Shown here: piece after piece, positions 45,634 to 59,803 of the stretch
Numbering within the stretch: the stretch's first letter is position 1
How the letters are laid out: every line of letters begins with the position of its first letter
NCBI GenBank assembly: GCA_950097015.1
Contig: CATNEN010000041.1
Coordinates: 1,736,001-1,800,000, forward strand
Direction of reading: 5' to 3'
Length of the DNA stretch: 64,000 nucleotides
Origin: Macrostomum hystrix
Lineage: Eukaryota; Animalia; Platyhelminthes
Program-made: the position numbers and the translations under genes
Notes under the pieces: model-generated
Told to the model about the DNA's origin: nothing
The model's database searches: none
Seen by the model: only the letters and a program-made list of their open reading frames with translations

Positions 45634-46369
45634 TTAGGAAAAACATATGAAGATTTAGGGGAGGGACCGAGCCTTAGTCGTCTCTCATCTCTCTGTCTGT
45701 GCTCAGTCTCTGCTCTCTAATTAGTTGCCATAGTCAAAACAGAAGAGCTTGTCCAGTGCAGAGCGTGCTTTAACACCTGGCTGCCTGAGAGCTGTAGTGC
45801 TTAAATCGCATGTGCAAAACACAGAAACTGAATTTTTTCTAGAATCAGTTTGTACCTTTTCCGAATTATAGTTGGTCAAGCTATGTAAAGCACTATTTCG
45901 AGATGATTAAAATGCCTTTGTCCGATTTTAGTTAAAGTTTTTATAATATCATCGTCATAAGTAAGCAGAGAGGTACAGTCTGTCGATTAATTAGCATACA
46001 TGAAATTTAACCGACTCACTGACAAATTATCGACAGTTCCAAATTATAGCGAACTTCCTAGTGCTGGCCTGGGCTTCACGGTCAGTTTGAGTCTGCTCAC
46101 TGTGCTCACGGCTCCAGTTAGAATTACTGAAAAGCCACTAGACCGCCTGCCTTTTATGCAAAAAAATTAATGGAGAGTCTGCGAGAGAGAGAGAAGGCAA
46201 AACTGACGTTTTTTGCAAGACTGTACATTGCGTGCATTGTATGCCTCAAACTGCCACCATTTGCTCAATCCTTTTGTCCTACAGCCAGCACAGAGGGACG
46301 GGACAAAGAATTAGAGGGCAGCAGAACAGATCGTGGCGAAACACCTGCCCTGAGTGATTCTGTATCGCA

Positions 46370-46401
<32 letters not shown>

Positions 46402-47081
46402 GCACACTGCAATGCCAAATGTGAAGCATTTGCATTCTGGCACGGTTTGGTGTAAAAACTATTGGAACAAAACAAAAACAGTACTGAAATAGCTTTGTTT
46501 TGCACACCCCGTAATGCATGTGTCAGTCTGTTTGCTAAACATATTGAAGGTCTCAGCTGTCAAAGATGATGGGCATGCAGCATATGGGCATATATATTAT
46601 ATTTAAATGTGTGCAAAACATTTCTGATCATTGTTAATTACATTATAACCTGTCCGAGCGTTCATGAATTCAGTAAATTGCGTGCGCTAATTTCGAATTT
46701 CTATGGTCAAACCCGATTCGTTGCAACATAAAGAGCGTGCTGTTAATGAGCAACGGATAGAAAATAATGGTAGATTAAGTCTATGGTTTCAGACTTGAAT
46801 AATGGTCACAGTCACGAGTGGCGAAGCCATATGGCTCGTACTTATAAGTCTTAACTGTCGAAAATTAAATACTTTGGTATTCGTTTGCTTTGCTATATCC
46901 TCGATCTGTTTCCTGTTAAAGTTCTTGTTGCTTAAATTAATAAAAACTGTGAATTTCTCGCTCATAATCTATGGCAATTTATCGTGACTTAACAGCTTCA
47001 TTAAGAAATGCATTAAAAAACGATAGTCTATATGATAATGGACTCGCACCTTTAACTGTTGGGGTCAGACCGTTAACTTTG

Positions 47082-47280
47082 CGCCCTCGGACCATAGACC
47101 ATTAACTGCGCGCCCTCGGACCATAGACCATTAACTGCGCGCCCTCGGACCATAGACCATTAACTGCGCGCCCTCGGACCATAGACCATTAACTGCGCGC
47201 CCTCGGACCATAGACCATTAACTGCGCGCCCTCGGACCATAGACCATTAACTGCGCGCCCTCGGACCATAGACCATTAAC
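47082..47280. repeat. 29-bp tandem repeat containing CCATAGAC, about 7 copies
   Basis: Unit cgcgccctcggaccatagaccattaactg. Confidence 0.93.
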
Positions 47281-47397
47281 GCACTTGAAGGCCGAGTGTG
47301 AATCTATCATTAGCTTGTACTTTTATACTCTTAAGCTGTATAGAGAAGCAGCGCTTTCTAACAGAATGAGAGGCCTGTTTAACAGGATTAAAGTCCC

Positions 47398-47545
47398 TGT
47401 CTAACAGGATGACAGTGCTGTCTAACAGGATGACAGTCCTGTCTAACAAGATGACAGTCCCTGCTAACAGGATGACAGTGCTGTCTAACAGGATGACAGT
47501 CCTGTCAAACAAGATGACAGTCCTGTCTAACAGGATCCTGTCTAA
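47398..47545. repeat. 21-bp tandem repeat
   Basis: Unit gtctaacaggatgacagtcct. Confidence 0.85.
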
Positions 47546-50500
47546 CAGCATTGTTTAAGTTGATACACACTTAATAAAAGCATGTCTAATCGACTTGAAT
47601 ATTGTGAAGTCAGGTTCAGAACTGCATGAGTTATTCGGCCTCCAAACGTGCCCTAAGTCACTGCCATTGGATGCACAAAGTCTAAGCTGTAACGCGCATT
47701 TGCCTTTGGCATTCAGAATCCAAGAAAGGCGGGTACTAACAATGCCGCCTAACCACTTAGTATAGAGCTGAGATGGGTGGGTGAGCACTCGTTTGCCAGG
47801 GGTAGATTTTGTGTATGCTCAACACACTAGATTTTGTGTATCGCATCGCAAAACTGCTCTAAAACATTAAAACTGCGCATTTTATGTACTGAGCACTATA
47901 GATTAATGAAATTACGAGTAATTAGAAAGGTTATTAGTGCTAAGCAATGGCGCTTGAGATTGAAGGAGTGTTTCAAACTGCTTACCTAGAGCATGGTGCT
48001 CTATTTGCGAGTCGATGAAATGGCACATGAGTCAGCCAACTAAATGTCTCCCACCTCTGCCCTCCTGACAGTTTTTCCCTGCTTTACTCCTGCTCCCAAT
48101 TCCCTCCCTCTTCTACCCCTCCGTTCTCACCCCTTTCTATTCGCAAGCTAATGTTGTGTATAGACTTATTTGCTTTGATAGAAAGAACAATAAAGTTCTA
48201 TATCAAAGCAAACTTTAGCTGGCAGAGATACATCCTGCAACTTATCAGAGTTTTGGTGAATTATTGGCCTTTAAATTTTCGCTAGAATATGGCGATAGAT
48301 CCAATAGTTATAAATGGAAAATTCCGCGAAAGGAACTGCTAGGCATCTCCCGAAGACTGCTAATCCCTGTGAAATACCATATGAAGAGTGTGCATCTGAT
48401 TCGGAAATTGTACAGAACGTAAAATCCTTCTTAACATTGTTGATTCCATATTGTTTGCTTCGGGCTGAAGCCCACTTCTGCAACATGCAGCTCAAATGTG
48501 AGCAAGTAAATTGGCATATAGCTGCTGTTCGTATCTTTATACCCTGTATTCATCACACGTGCTTGCACTCGTATACCGCGTACTTGAAAAGTTTCACAAG
48601 CAAAACGAGCTAGGGGCAACTAAATTGAAGAGATTCAATGTCTGCAGCAGTCATCGGAGCAAAAAGTTTAAGGATTTTTTTAGGATTTGTGAGGCGCTTA
48701 TCTAAGATTGCACCAGTATCGGCTACATAGCTCGACAGAAAGATACGGAAGCTTAGGAGAGGCAGTAGTGATGTTTCATCAGTCAATACCAATGGTTCGC
48801 CTATGAATTATTTCTTATTTACAACTGTTCAGCTAATTTTAAACCAATTTCTATTCGTATTTACCGTTGCCTATACATATACATTCATTTCGTTTCATTT
48901 TTTTCCCTTTCATATGGCTTCATGACGTTTATCTTTCGTGCCTATATTTGTTTCTATCGTGGTTTTTATTCTCCAAGCTTTTGCTCCTGGTTAAAAAGAT
49001 TCTCAAAAGTACGAACGATTAACCTACTCGATAGTAGAAGCATCCGAAATTAACGCATTTCTTCGATCTTTTTAATTGAACTTTTTAAGCGCACGATACT
49101 AAGCGACCATAGACTTTTTAACGAACCCCAAATTTTTTGCCATAATTCGGCTCCTGTTTCGTATCCTGGGGTTTCTAGTCATGGACATCTATATATGACA
49201 TCCATATAAAATCCGATTGCTTATTTTAGAGACGTTTAATGGGCGCCTTCAGAGCGAGGAATCGGTAGTCTGTGGTACAGACTATACTTTAAAAATTCCG
49301 AGACGATTACATCATATAATGGGCCTTAAACGGATACAAAATACGATTGAAATTATTTAATCGTTAAAAAATTGTACTATTCTGAGCCGGGAATGTTGTC
49401 TATGGTAACTTTTGGTGAGATTATTTGACAAAAACTAGGATATTATATCATATAATCTCCTCGAAATAACGAGCATTATATGGAACATTAAAGTGAAATT
49501 TGAATTCGGCTTTTACGTTTTGCCACCACTTGACTGACTGGCTGCTTCGTGAATGTATCTTCGTGAGAAATTTATATTTTTGTCTATGGTCGGAATCAAA
49601 TGGTCTAAACCTATATGTCTATCAATCAGATGGGATGCGCCCGGAAATAAGCAATCAAATTCCATATATGATAAACGCCGTTTAATTCATCATAGTCTAT
49701 GGTTAGAAAATGATTCTATGATTCTATGATTCTAACCACAGAATGTGAATTAAACGGCGTTTATTATTTACATAACGGGCCTCAAATAAGCAATCTGGTT
49801 TGATATAAAAAATAGTCATTTAATAAGCTGTCTATGGTTTGTATGCTTATTAAATGGCTATTATCATATATATAACGTGGATGCTACTCGTACATATAGA
49901 TAGATGTCCATGGTTTTAGTTGTCCCTTAACGAGCTACACAAGTTTTTCTACTCGTGTAATGATTTATTCATGTTAATCGCACAGCAACTTAGATTGTCA
50001 TTAATTGCACAAGCGCTGGCTCAACTTAGATTTGAGTCTGAGGGAGGTAAAAGGAGCTGAGGGAAATAAATTCGACGTTGGGCAAATAAACAAAAAACTT
50101 ATCTGGCAATGTCCAGTCGGGCAAGGAATTTGAAGCTGCGAAATAGGCCCCTATGCGTTTCTTAATTTCGCTAATATGTTCTTCAATCTTTTATCGCCAC
50201 CACTGTGTTTAAAAGCATTATATATTGTTTAAATACACTACTTTATCAGCTGTTTAAGAAACCAGTTTTCTCTTTCTTTTTATATTCCGTCATACCGGAT
50301 TTCGTTCCTATTTACAGTTACGCGGCTTTTTCTTTCTTGTATACTCTGTATTTAGACAACGAAATAACCCCATTAAAGTTTTTAAAAGTGCAAGCTAAAA
50401 ATTTGGCAACAATTGTTGTCAAACGAGCTTGTGTAGCTCGTTCAGGGACAGCTTTACTTTTCATCGAAGCTCAGAGCTTAGATTTGTGGATGTGGGTTTG

Positions 50501-51467
50501 TCAACTAGTCTTAATCAAGTAGGGGCCTAATTTAACTTAACGCCTAGGCCTTACTTTTTGCAGCTGCTTCTCGAGCTTTAAAGTTAAATTTCAGGCATAA
50601 TATGTGTTATATGTCATATGTCAATTTCAATTAATTTGGGAACAAAGAGCCATATGCTCATACATAACATTGCTACCTGTATCTGAAGCTCTGTCTCTGA
50701 AAAGATTGCAATTGGCAATTACAAATACATAGTCTATACTCTATAGACATTCTGCCTAACACTCATAGGCCATGATAGTTCTTACTATATGCTCATAAAG
50801 CATAGCTGGACTTTTTCAACTTTTGGCAAACGAACATTCAATCTGCATTCATTTAGGCTAGGCCTAACTTTGAAAACTTTTGTTTTATAGATGACAAAGT
50901 GTCCATGCAAGTCTAAGTCTCTTTGTCATCCACACTCTGAGATATTGGACAGATCATCATCTATTTTTTTATTATTGACTCTACATCATATAGGCCCTAG
51001 CTATAGTATGATTTTTTCATGTTCAGTATAGTTGTTTAGGCCTAGTCTGTAGCATTAATTATTTTTACATTTTTGCTTACCAGGAGAGCAACTGGTTACT
51101 TGGGATTTTGAAATACAAAACCATGCTATTGTCAATCATAGGCTATACTTTTTGGACCTTAATAACCCCATAGTCCACACCAACTGACCAACACTATCAA
51201 GGAGTCTTGGGCCAACATCAAGGCCAAATTCAGGGTCACTTCTGATGCCCTGTTTGAGAGCCATCTCCAATTATCAATGAATATCTATGGCAAAGACTCT
51301 TCCCATGGAATGCATTCAGCAACTTTCTATATTGGCTATAGCACTACTATTGACTATAAATTTATTTAGCACCAAAAACTAGGAGATTGCAGGTTATTTC
51401 ATTTTGTATAGTGTAGGCCTATAATTGATTGATACAATGATTTATCTCTACTAGAGTTTACTAATAA

Positions 51468-52745
51468 AATACAATACAATACAATACAATAAGTACAATG
51501 TCCACTAACCACAAGTGGCCTGAAAAGGGGGGCATTGTCAAAACACATGTCTGGCCCCACAGAGTGTAACCCGTCAGCTTCAGGTGCCATTGTCGCAGGA
51601 TCACGCTTGGAGGGCTCAGCTTTGCCCATTGATAGAGGGCCTGGTTTGTGACATGATCAGTGTGGTGGTGGATGCTGAAGGCAGCGCGCAGCAGGCTGGA
51701 GTGAGCTGTGTCCAGCTGATGTTGCAGTTGCAGCACCTCCATCATGGTCCAGGTTTCAGCATTGTAGAAAAGCACGGTTTCTACAACTGCCTGGAACAGT
51801 CAGGTCCTCAGCAGATCTGGCAGGGCATCACTTTGAAGCACAACTCGAACTGAGCGGAAAGCTGCCCAGGCGAGCCCTCTGCGATGTCGCAAATCCTCTT
51901 GGACACTGGGCACAAGACCGCCAAGATACTGGAACTGCTCACACCAGGGTAGGGATGTTGCCGTCGAGCTGTCTATGCTGGGAAGACAGATGTCAGCTGG
52001 CAGGTCAGCAGGCACAGTGAGGACCTCCGTCTTCTTGGCATTGATTTTGAGGGCAACCCTTGCAGCGGCTGCAGCAAGGCCGTCAAGCAGGCGTTGGGCA
52101 CCTTCAGTGGTGGAGGCTAACAGGGCCAGGTCATCGGCGTAGCCAAGGACTGCCAGTCGCTTCTCTGGGTGCCGGCTGCTTGTTTGCCTGCATAGGATGC
52201 AGCCGTCTGAGTTGTCTGGTAGACCTGTCCACAGCACCCAGTCCAGGATGAGGATGAACAGGAAAGGAGTGAGGGTGTCTCCCTGCAGGACTCCAGATGA
52301 TGTTGTGAATGGGTCAGACAGGCCATCAGGTGTGACCACATCAGCAAGCATGTCTTGATAGAGTGCCATCACTGCTGCGATCAGCTTTTCTGGTACATTG
52401 TAGGCTCGGAGAACCAGTGGTATTGCGCCTCGAGCCACTGAGTTGAAAGCCTTCAGGAAGTCAACAAACAGACAGAAAAGGTCCAATTGGCGAATGTGTG
52501 ATTCCTCAATGATTCTCCGGAGCATCAGAATTTGTGTGACAGTGCCGCGTCGTGGCCGGAACACATTCTGCTCATGCTGCAGGTATGGGTCTAGCACAGG
52601 CTGCAAGCACATCAGTAGCAACTTGTTATACAGCTTGGCGGCGCAGGACATTAAGGAGATGCCTCGGTGTTCTTCGATCTTGTTTGTGCCTGGCTTCTTG
52701 GGGATGCCAACGATGTGGGCTCGGGGTCCAGCTGTACCAGAGAAC
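51468..52745 (-). mobile_element. Degenerate 5'-truncated LINE (RTE-like) reverse transcriptase
   Basis: RGISLMSCAAKLYNK, FVDFLKAFNSV, GVLQGDTLTPFLF, LGYADDLAL, FQYLG. Downstream frames are disrupted; a (TTGTA)n tail lies near 51470-51490. Confidence 0.88.
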
Positions 52746-54005
52746 ACGCTTAATAAAATAAAAGGCAAAGAAGTTAAATTTATATTTTTTTGTACTAATT
52801 TTACAAGTAGGCCAAAACAGCTTAAAGCTGAACTAGTTTTAGACTTAAATACTACTAGTTATGGCTGACAATTGTTTGGCCAAAATGACCAAATACATAT
52901 TTATAGTCCCAGTATGAATCATATAACCATGAATGATGTTAATATAAAAATGTAACTTGATAGTTTTATTTAAATTTTTGCCATAATTTATGTTTTTTTA
53001 AAATAAATTACTAGGCTTATTAATTCAATACAAAATTTCTTAAGCCTAATAAACTTTAAACAATATAGTAAACTGATCCTAGTTACTCATTCTTTAAACT
53101 GCCATTTTGTCAATTGGTGTTGTAGCAATTGATTCCTATAGTTTGTCATTTCATCAACTAGTCAATTAGGAGACAGAGTTTGCCTATGTGTCAAATTTGT
53201 CATCACATTATGAAAAATGATAACCAGGTCACTTTGTCAACTAGGCAGTTAGAGTAATATATTAAAGACCTTGCATAAAACTAAGGGGCTTGTCTTAGAA
53301 ATTGCCTGACTAGGGGCTACTAAGTTGAATGTGTATGAAAAGAGGCCTCTTAAAAATAAGGCTCAGTTTGTGGAATCCTCAGTTTGCTTTAAACTTAAAG
53401 AATATCATTTTCTGTTTAAAGTGTTGCACTTTTCTTATAAATTAATGCAATATTTAAGTTATATTTTGATATTCTCATGCCAGAGTGGTTGACACATTTT
53501 CCACTAGCACCAAGGTTCCTGAGCTCAATTCCATGACAAGGCCACTTTCATTTAGGGGCATAACCACAGAGAGAAGGCTTAGGGGCTTGTTGTGCAATTA
53601 ATGCCCTTGAGAGCCAGCCTCCAAGGCACAGTGAAAGTGTGATTGTGGCCATAACAAAAAATGTGCATAAAAGCATTGAAAATCAAAACCTTATAACTAT
53701 TGTACTTGGCTAGGTTTTTTCATAGTTTTTTACTATCTTTAAAAAAAACAATTTTTTATGTTATATAAAAAGTTCAATAGATTTATCATATAGATGCTAA
53801 ATTTTGCCCTTTTGTTTTAGTATCTTTTGGTCAGGAAAGCCATATTAAAACTTATGAGCATACTAATGACTAGAAAAATATAAATATTTTTGTTCTCTTT
53901 TTTAATCTGTCCAAGTTAAATGGAATCAACTTAATGATATTGCTTCGATATCAATATTACTGATAAATGAAAATAGGGAATTAAATTGATGCGCAATGCC
54001 ATTGA

Positions 54006-54859
<854 letters not shown>

Positions 54860-56059
54860 TGCGCCTGCCCTCAGCTCGCATCGCTTATCCTGACTGGGAA
54901 GAACCGAAAAATAATAAGAATGCTATTATATATTAATTATACTATTATTTGACCGCCATAGACTATGAGAGCAGAGGTGAGGCGCCCATTGTTTCCGAGC
55001 CAGTCCAAACAGCGTGGCCTGCCCTGTCCACCGCCCCTCGCTGTCAGCGGCAGACAGAGTGCCTTCACCTTTTTGCGCCCTGCTCAGGTGTCGCTAATAG
55101 CAACGAGAGGCGGCAGCAGGTGCTGAGGTCAAGCTGCTCGCACTGAGCTGCTGAAATCCTGGGCCCCTTATCTGATTTTTCTTGAAGCTGCGTTCAATAT
55201 TAATCCAACAGCGGTACATATTACATACTAGTATTCAAGCCTATAAATCTATATGCACATTTTTGAAGCGTATTTGTAATAAGCGTCAATCTGTTTGCCT
55301 AAGTTATATTAATTCTACTCTCTATATATACTACATGAAATATTTCTACGCCTATTCCTTCAGTTACCAGCCAGCCGGGTAGAAGTGTAGACAGCGGGGA
55401 GGGACTCTCAGCGGTTTTAACTCTGTCGCTGGGTGGTGGCGCGGGCGGATACTAAAGCTGGTGTGATGCAATAAAACACCAAAGGGCCCCGCATTCTCAA
55501 TTTATTAATTTAATAAAGACCGAAAACAACTAACCTGAGTCTTCAGGCTTTGTTATTTGAGTCGTGTTGTTTTCTATAAAATTGTCATTTCGAACTAGCA
55601 GTGTCGGAGTCATTGAGTAAACTCATCTAGACGGTTGAGAACGAAGAATCATGTCGCGACTTTCTTGTCTTGTCTATTTCATTTGCACCTTTCGTCTGTT
55701 TTGCCTTCCATTCTTCACTGTCACTTTCTCACCTGGCTCTGATTCTATCTGGTTCTCTACCCCTGCCTTTACACCGCCTTCTGATTGGTTCGCCTCTCAC
55801 CTCCTCGCCACTTTCTCCCCCAGTCGTGCACTCTCTTCAGGTCAGGTGATGACAGAGTGGGTCAGATGATGTCAAGTAGTATGGGTTCAGGGATAAGTCA
55901 GGCAGTCGGACAGCTCTGGCAGTGATGAATCGTTGGTCATGCTAATACCGAGGCAGTTCAGCTGCCGATGCGTTCAGCAACAACTTCTCTGGACTGGCTG
56001 ATGCCGGTCTGGCTCTGAGCCGGAGCTGTTCAAATAGAAGCCTGTTACTTGGAGTGTTA

Positions 56060-56485
56060 GTCAGTCAGCGGTTCCATCAGGCCGATGGGGTGTCAGTCGG
56101 CTGTTTCATCAGGCCGATGGGGTGTCAGTCGGCTGTTCCATCAGGCCGATGGGGTGTCAGTCGGCTGTTCCATCAGGCCGATGGGGTGTCAGTCAGGTGT
56201 TCCATCAGGCCGATGGGGTGTCAGTCAGCTGTTTCATCAGGCCGATGGGGTGTCAGTCGGCTGTTCCATCAGGCCGATGGGGTGTCAGTCAGGTGTTCCA
56301 TCAGGCCGATGGGGTGTCAGTCAGCTGTTTCATCAGGCCGATGGGGTGTCAGTCAGGTGTTCCATCAGGCCGATGGGGTGTCAGTCAGCTGTTTCATCAG
56401 GCCGATGGGGTGTCAGTCGGCTGTTCCATCAGGCCGATGGGGTGTCAGTCAGGTGTTCCATCAGGCCGATGGGGTGTCAATCGGC
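56060..56485. repeat. 32-bp tandem repeat with internal hairpin, about 13 copies
   Basis: Unit gttccatcaggccgatggggtgtcagtcggct; CCATC/GATGG stem. Confidence 0.95.
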
Positions 56486-56554
56486 AGGTTCCTCGGATGT
56501 TAAAAAAATAAACAATTACACCAGCAAAACTAAATTGAAACATTTATCCCGCAG

Positions 56555-57683
56555 TCTGCCGCTGAGCCCTCAGCTGACGCAGCCGCTGAACCTATTGTTG
56601 CCGAGGTGGCGGCGGCTGTCGATTGCGATGAAGCCGGTGCAAAGCCGTCCACGCGGCAGCCGCCCAACAAAAAGCGTCGACGTCGTCCACAACGCCCGAC
56701 GGTGGCCGCCGAGGCCGACGCTGACGCTGGCGAGCTTCGGGATCGGCTTCTTCGCCGAGGCAAACAGCAGGCCTCCAAGGCTGGCGATGCGGTGAAGTCA
56801 GAGGAGCGGCTACTGCTGACGCCCTACCTGACTGCGACCAGCACCGACGACACAGCCTCCTGGTCAGTGACTAACCCTGCCGTGGCCGCGGCGGCGGCGG
56901 CTGCAGCAGCAGCAGCAGCTGCTTCCTCCAGCCGGGAGGCCGTGAAGGCTGACGTGCAGTTCCCGCCGGCCGACCGGCTTTGCCGCCAGTCCGCCTGGGT
57001 CTGCGCCCTGTGCGGCCGCGGCAACTCCGGCATCTACGGCCTGGGCCCGCTGTACGGCCCGTACTACCTGGCCGAAGACCTGGTCCGAGAGCGCCTCGCT
57101 CCGCTTGGCCTGGTTTTCGGCAGCGGCGTTGGCACCAGCAGTGCACTCGGCGCCGTTGGTAAACAGTCGAAGTCAAAAACTGCGGCGGCGGCGGCGGCGG
57201 CTGCTGCTGCAGGAATTAGCAAGCAGCGAGTGACACCTGCTGGCGAGGCCTGGCTACACCTGGACTGCGCTCTGTGGTCGCCGGACCTCCGATTGGCCCC
57301 CTCAGACTCCGGCGGCCTGGGACTGCGAGGCCTGGCCGAGTGCCTCGGAGGCGGCGGCGGAGGCGCCGATGGCGGCGGCTGCGGCAACTGCGCCGTCTGC
57401 GGCCAGTGGGGCGCTCAGGTGGCCTGCGCTCACCGGCAGTGCCACACAGTGCTGCATGTGCCCTGCGGCAGGGAGGCAGGTGGGTGACAGCTGGCTGGTG
57501 TTGGAGCTGCGGTGCGGCAGCCAGTAGCAGTTCTATCTAGCCTACTTGCAGTAGCAAAACGCTGCAATTCAATAATTCAATTGCCATCCCGCAGACTGCC
57601 TGCTTGACGAGGACAGCCTCATAGCCCACTGCGCGCAGCACAGGCAGCACAGCCGGGTCGCAGGCAAGCCCGCAGCTGACTGA
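56555..57683 (+). CDS. 3' exons of a TCF20/RAI1-like extended-PHD protein; 5' end not identified
   Basis: Exon 56555-57479 (WVCALCGRGNSGIYGLGPLYGPY...EAWLHLDCALWS...CAVCGQWGAQVACAHRQCHTVLHVPCGREA) joins in phase 1 to exon 57595-57683 (DCLLDEDSLIAHCAQH...*). Confidence 0.75.
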
Positions 57684-58883
57684 AAGCCCTTCCTTTGGCT
57701 GACAATCGATTGTAAAGCATTTATTGACTTGCACTCGCGCATGCGGCCATGCGAAGCTGCTCATCTGTAATCCTTCATATTTCTCGCTTGTTCTACTGCA
57801 GAATTGCTATTTCAAAATACACTTGGCTGGATGCCTTAAGAGTCGTGGGACTCTTGGCATCCTCGCAAAGTCAGAAAAGCATTGCCACTTCTCTCTGCTA
57901 AAATTCAAAGCCATGTGTTTAAGCGCCTGTTTAGTGGCCTGATGAGTTTTTTGGGGAAAGGGGCTTGCCATCTCCATTGTTCCCATTGTCACCAGCATTT
58001 GCTCTCGCACCCACCCTCCGCCATCTGTTTCGCCTTAAGCCCGCCGGATCGCTATGGTAACCAGATGTGAAAAAGCTGCCAGGTTTCTCCTGGTTGCTTA
58101 ATATTTGTCTTTTGTAAGAGCAGAGCTGGAATTCTTGCCCAGCATCACAGACTCCGGTTTCACATACGCCAAGGGCATTGCTAATTGTCACACGACACAT
58201 ACTGTGACTCCACCAGCCGCCTGTGTTGCCGTGAATCTTTAAATGTCTAAAATGCTGCAAAGCTAATGGCAGCATTGCTCAGTGTGAAATTAGACATTTT
58301 AATGAGCCTTTGTCACATGCGTCTTACTCGTTTGTGGAGTGGTTTAGTTCTCAATTAAAAGTGAAACAGTCCCGTTTAGGTCGAAATTCTGTCATAGCTA
58401 TTGTGCCTTGTCTATGGTTTTCGAAACCTATTGTCTATGGTCACTGTCACCAGCTTCATTTAGACTACCGTTGTCAGTGTCAGTCGTCACACTTTCAATG
58501 GTGGATTCCACATCAGCGTCAAAAACAGCGACTTTAGACCCATAGGCAGGCAATCATTCGGGCCACACAGTCCGTGTCTCGCCGCTTGTAGAATTGCAGC
58601 ACAAAAACAGATTTCGATTTCGGCACAGCTTCAGTTTCAAGCCGGTCTATCATTGACAGATCTTTGGTTTCTGGACGACGCGTCCAAGTTGTCAACTTCT
58701 AGAACATAACGCGTGCTCGATTCTCGAGTGACAGAAGCCAATTCTCGTCCGTAGAGAGTCCACATATTTCTCCACCAGGAATGTTTTCGCACTGAATCAT
58801 AACGTGCTCATTTTTCTATTTATAATTTTAGTGAAAGCTGAAGTTCAACTGAAGAAATAACAGATAAAAGCTATGCTCTACAC

Positions 58884-59301
58884 CTTTTCTCGCTCAGTTT
58901 TGGCACAGCTATATGTCTATATGTTGTTCAACTTGCATCCAAATCCGACAGTTTATGGTCAGATTCCGACAGTCTCGCAGTCTATTCTAGCACACAACCA
59001 TTCATAAGCTGAAATGGTCAAATATGCTTGCAATCTGTCGGAATTGAACTTATGGAGCTAGCTTCATGCCATAGACAACAACGCAAAGGAGGGGTAAGCC
59101 ACCCCCCTTGACAGAAATGAATGACAAGTGTCGAAAACGCATGCATACAAGCTGTTTTCGGATGAAAACCATGGAGGATAGAACAGAATTCTATTCTATC
59201 CTCCATGATGAAAACCTAGTAGGGACTGACCGTAAACTGTCGGATTTGGGTGCGAGTTAAACAAAATAGACTGCAGCTGTGCCAAAACTGAGCGAGAAAA
59301 G
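58884..59301. repeat. Inverted repeat (arms 58884-58962 and 59226-59301), probable fold-back/MITE
   Basis: cttttctcgctcagttttggcacagct...ccaaatccgacagtttatggtcag is the approximate reverse complement of ctgaccgtaaactgtcggatttggg...agctgtgccaaaactgagcgagaaaag. Confidence 0.8.
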
Positions 59302-59803
59302 ATGTACTGTCCTTTAAATTACCATAGACAACTGACAGATTATCTATATTGCTTGTTAAAAAATGTCATAGACTAGAGCCAATTTGAAAACCGGGAATAA
59401 TCAAATTTCATACGATAATGTAATAATAAAGACTGGTGATTGAGGTCATAGACATTGACGCCCGAAATAGCCAGTCTCTATTGACATTGAAAACCGCAGT
59501 GAACCAGTAGTCCATTAATGACTGCTGCCAGTGCCACCCATTTGAGACGCGGCAAAATTGGCGGTCAATAATTTAGACTATTAATGACCGCTGCTGATGT
59601 CTATGGCAAACACCATGACAGACCAATCCTAGAGGTGGGAGAGAGAAAAAGTGCAGAGTGGGGAAAGAGAGCCCTCTTTGTCTATGGTCAAAATCAACAC
59701 AACTCGAATCAGAGTGATATTAAGACTGTTTTCCGCCCAGAGCGAATGGAATTTAATCTGATTTTGAACGAACCGTTTTTGAGCCTACGTACGACAGATT
59801 CAG

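Noticed and set aside
45260-46519. Poly-Ala/Gln/Ser ORFs around (GCA)n runs
   Set aside because: These are microsatellite-driven ORFs without domain or splice support.
48271-48800. Short ORFs as a transposase remnant
   Set aside because: I recognised no catalytic motif.
57937-57965. Second hammerhead (CTGATGAG...GAAA)
   Set aside because: The intervening TTTTTTGGG cannot form stem II, and there is no NUH/stem III.
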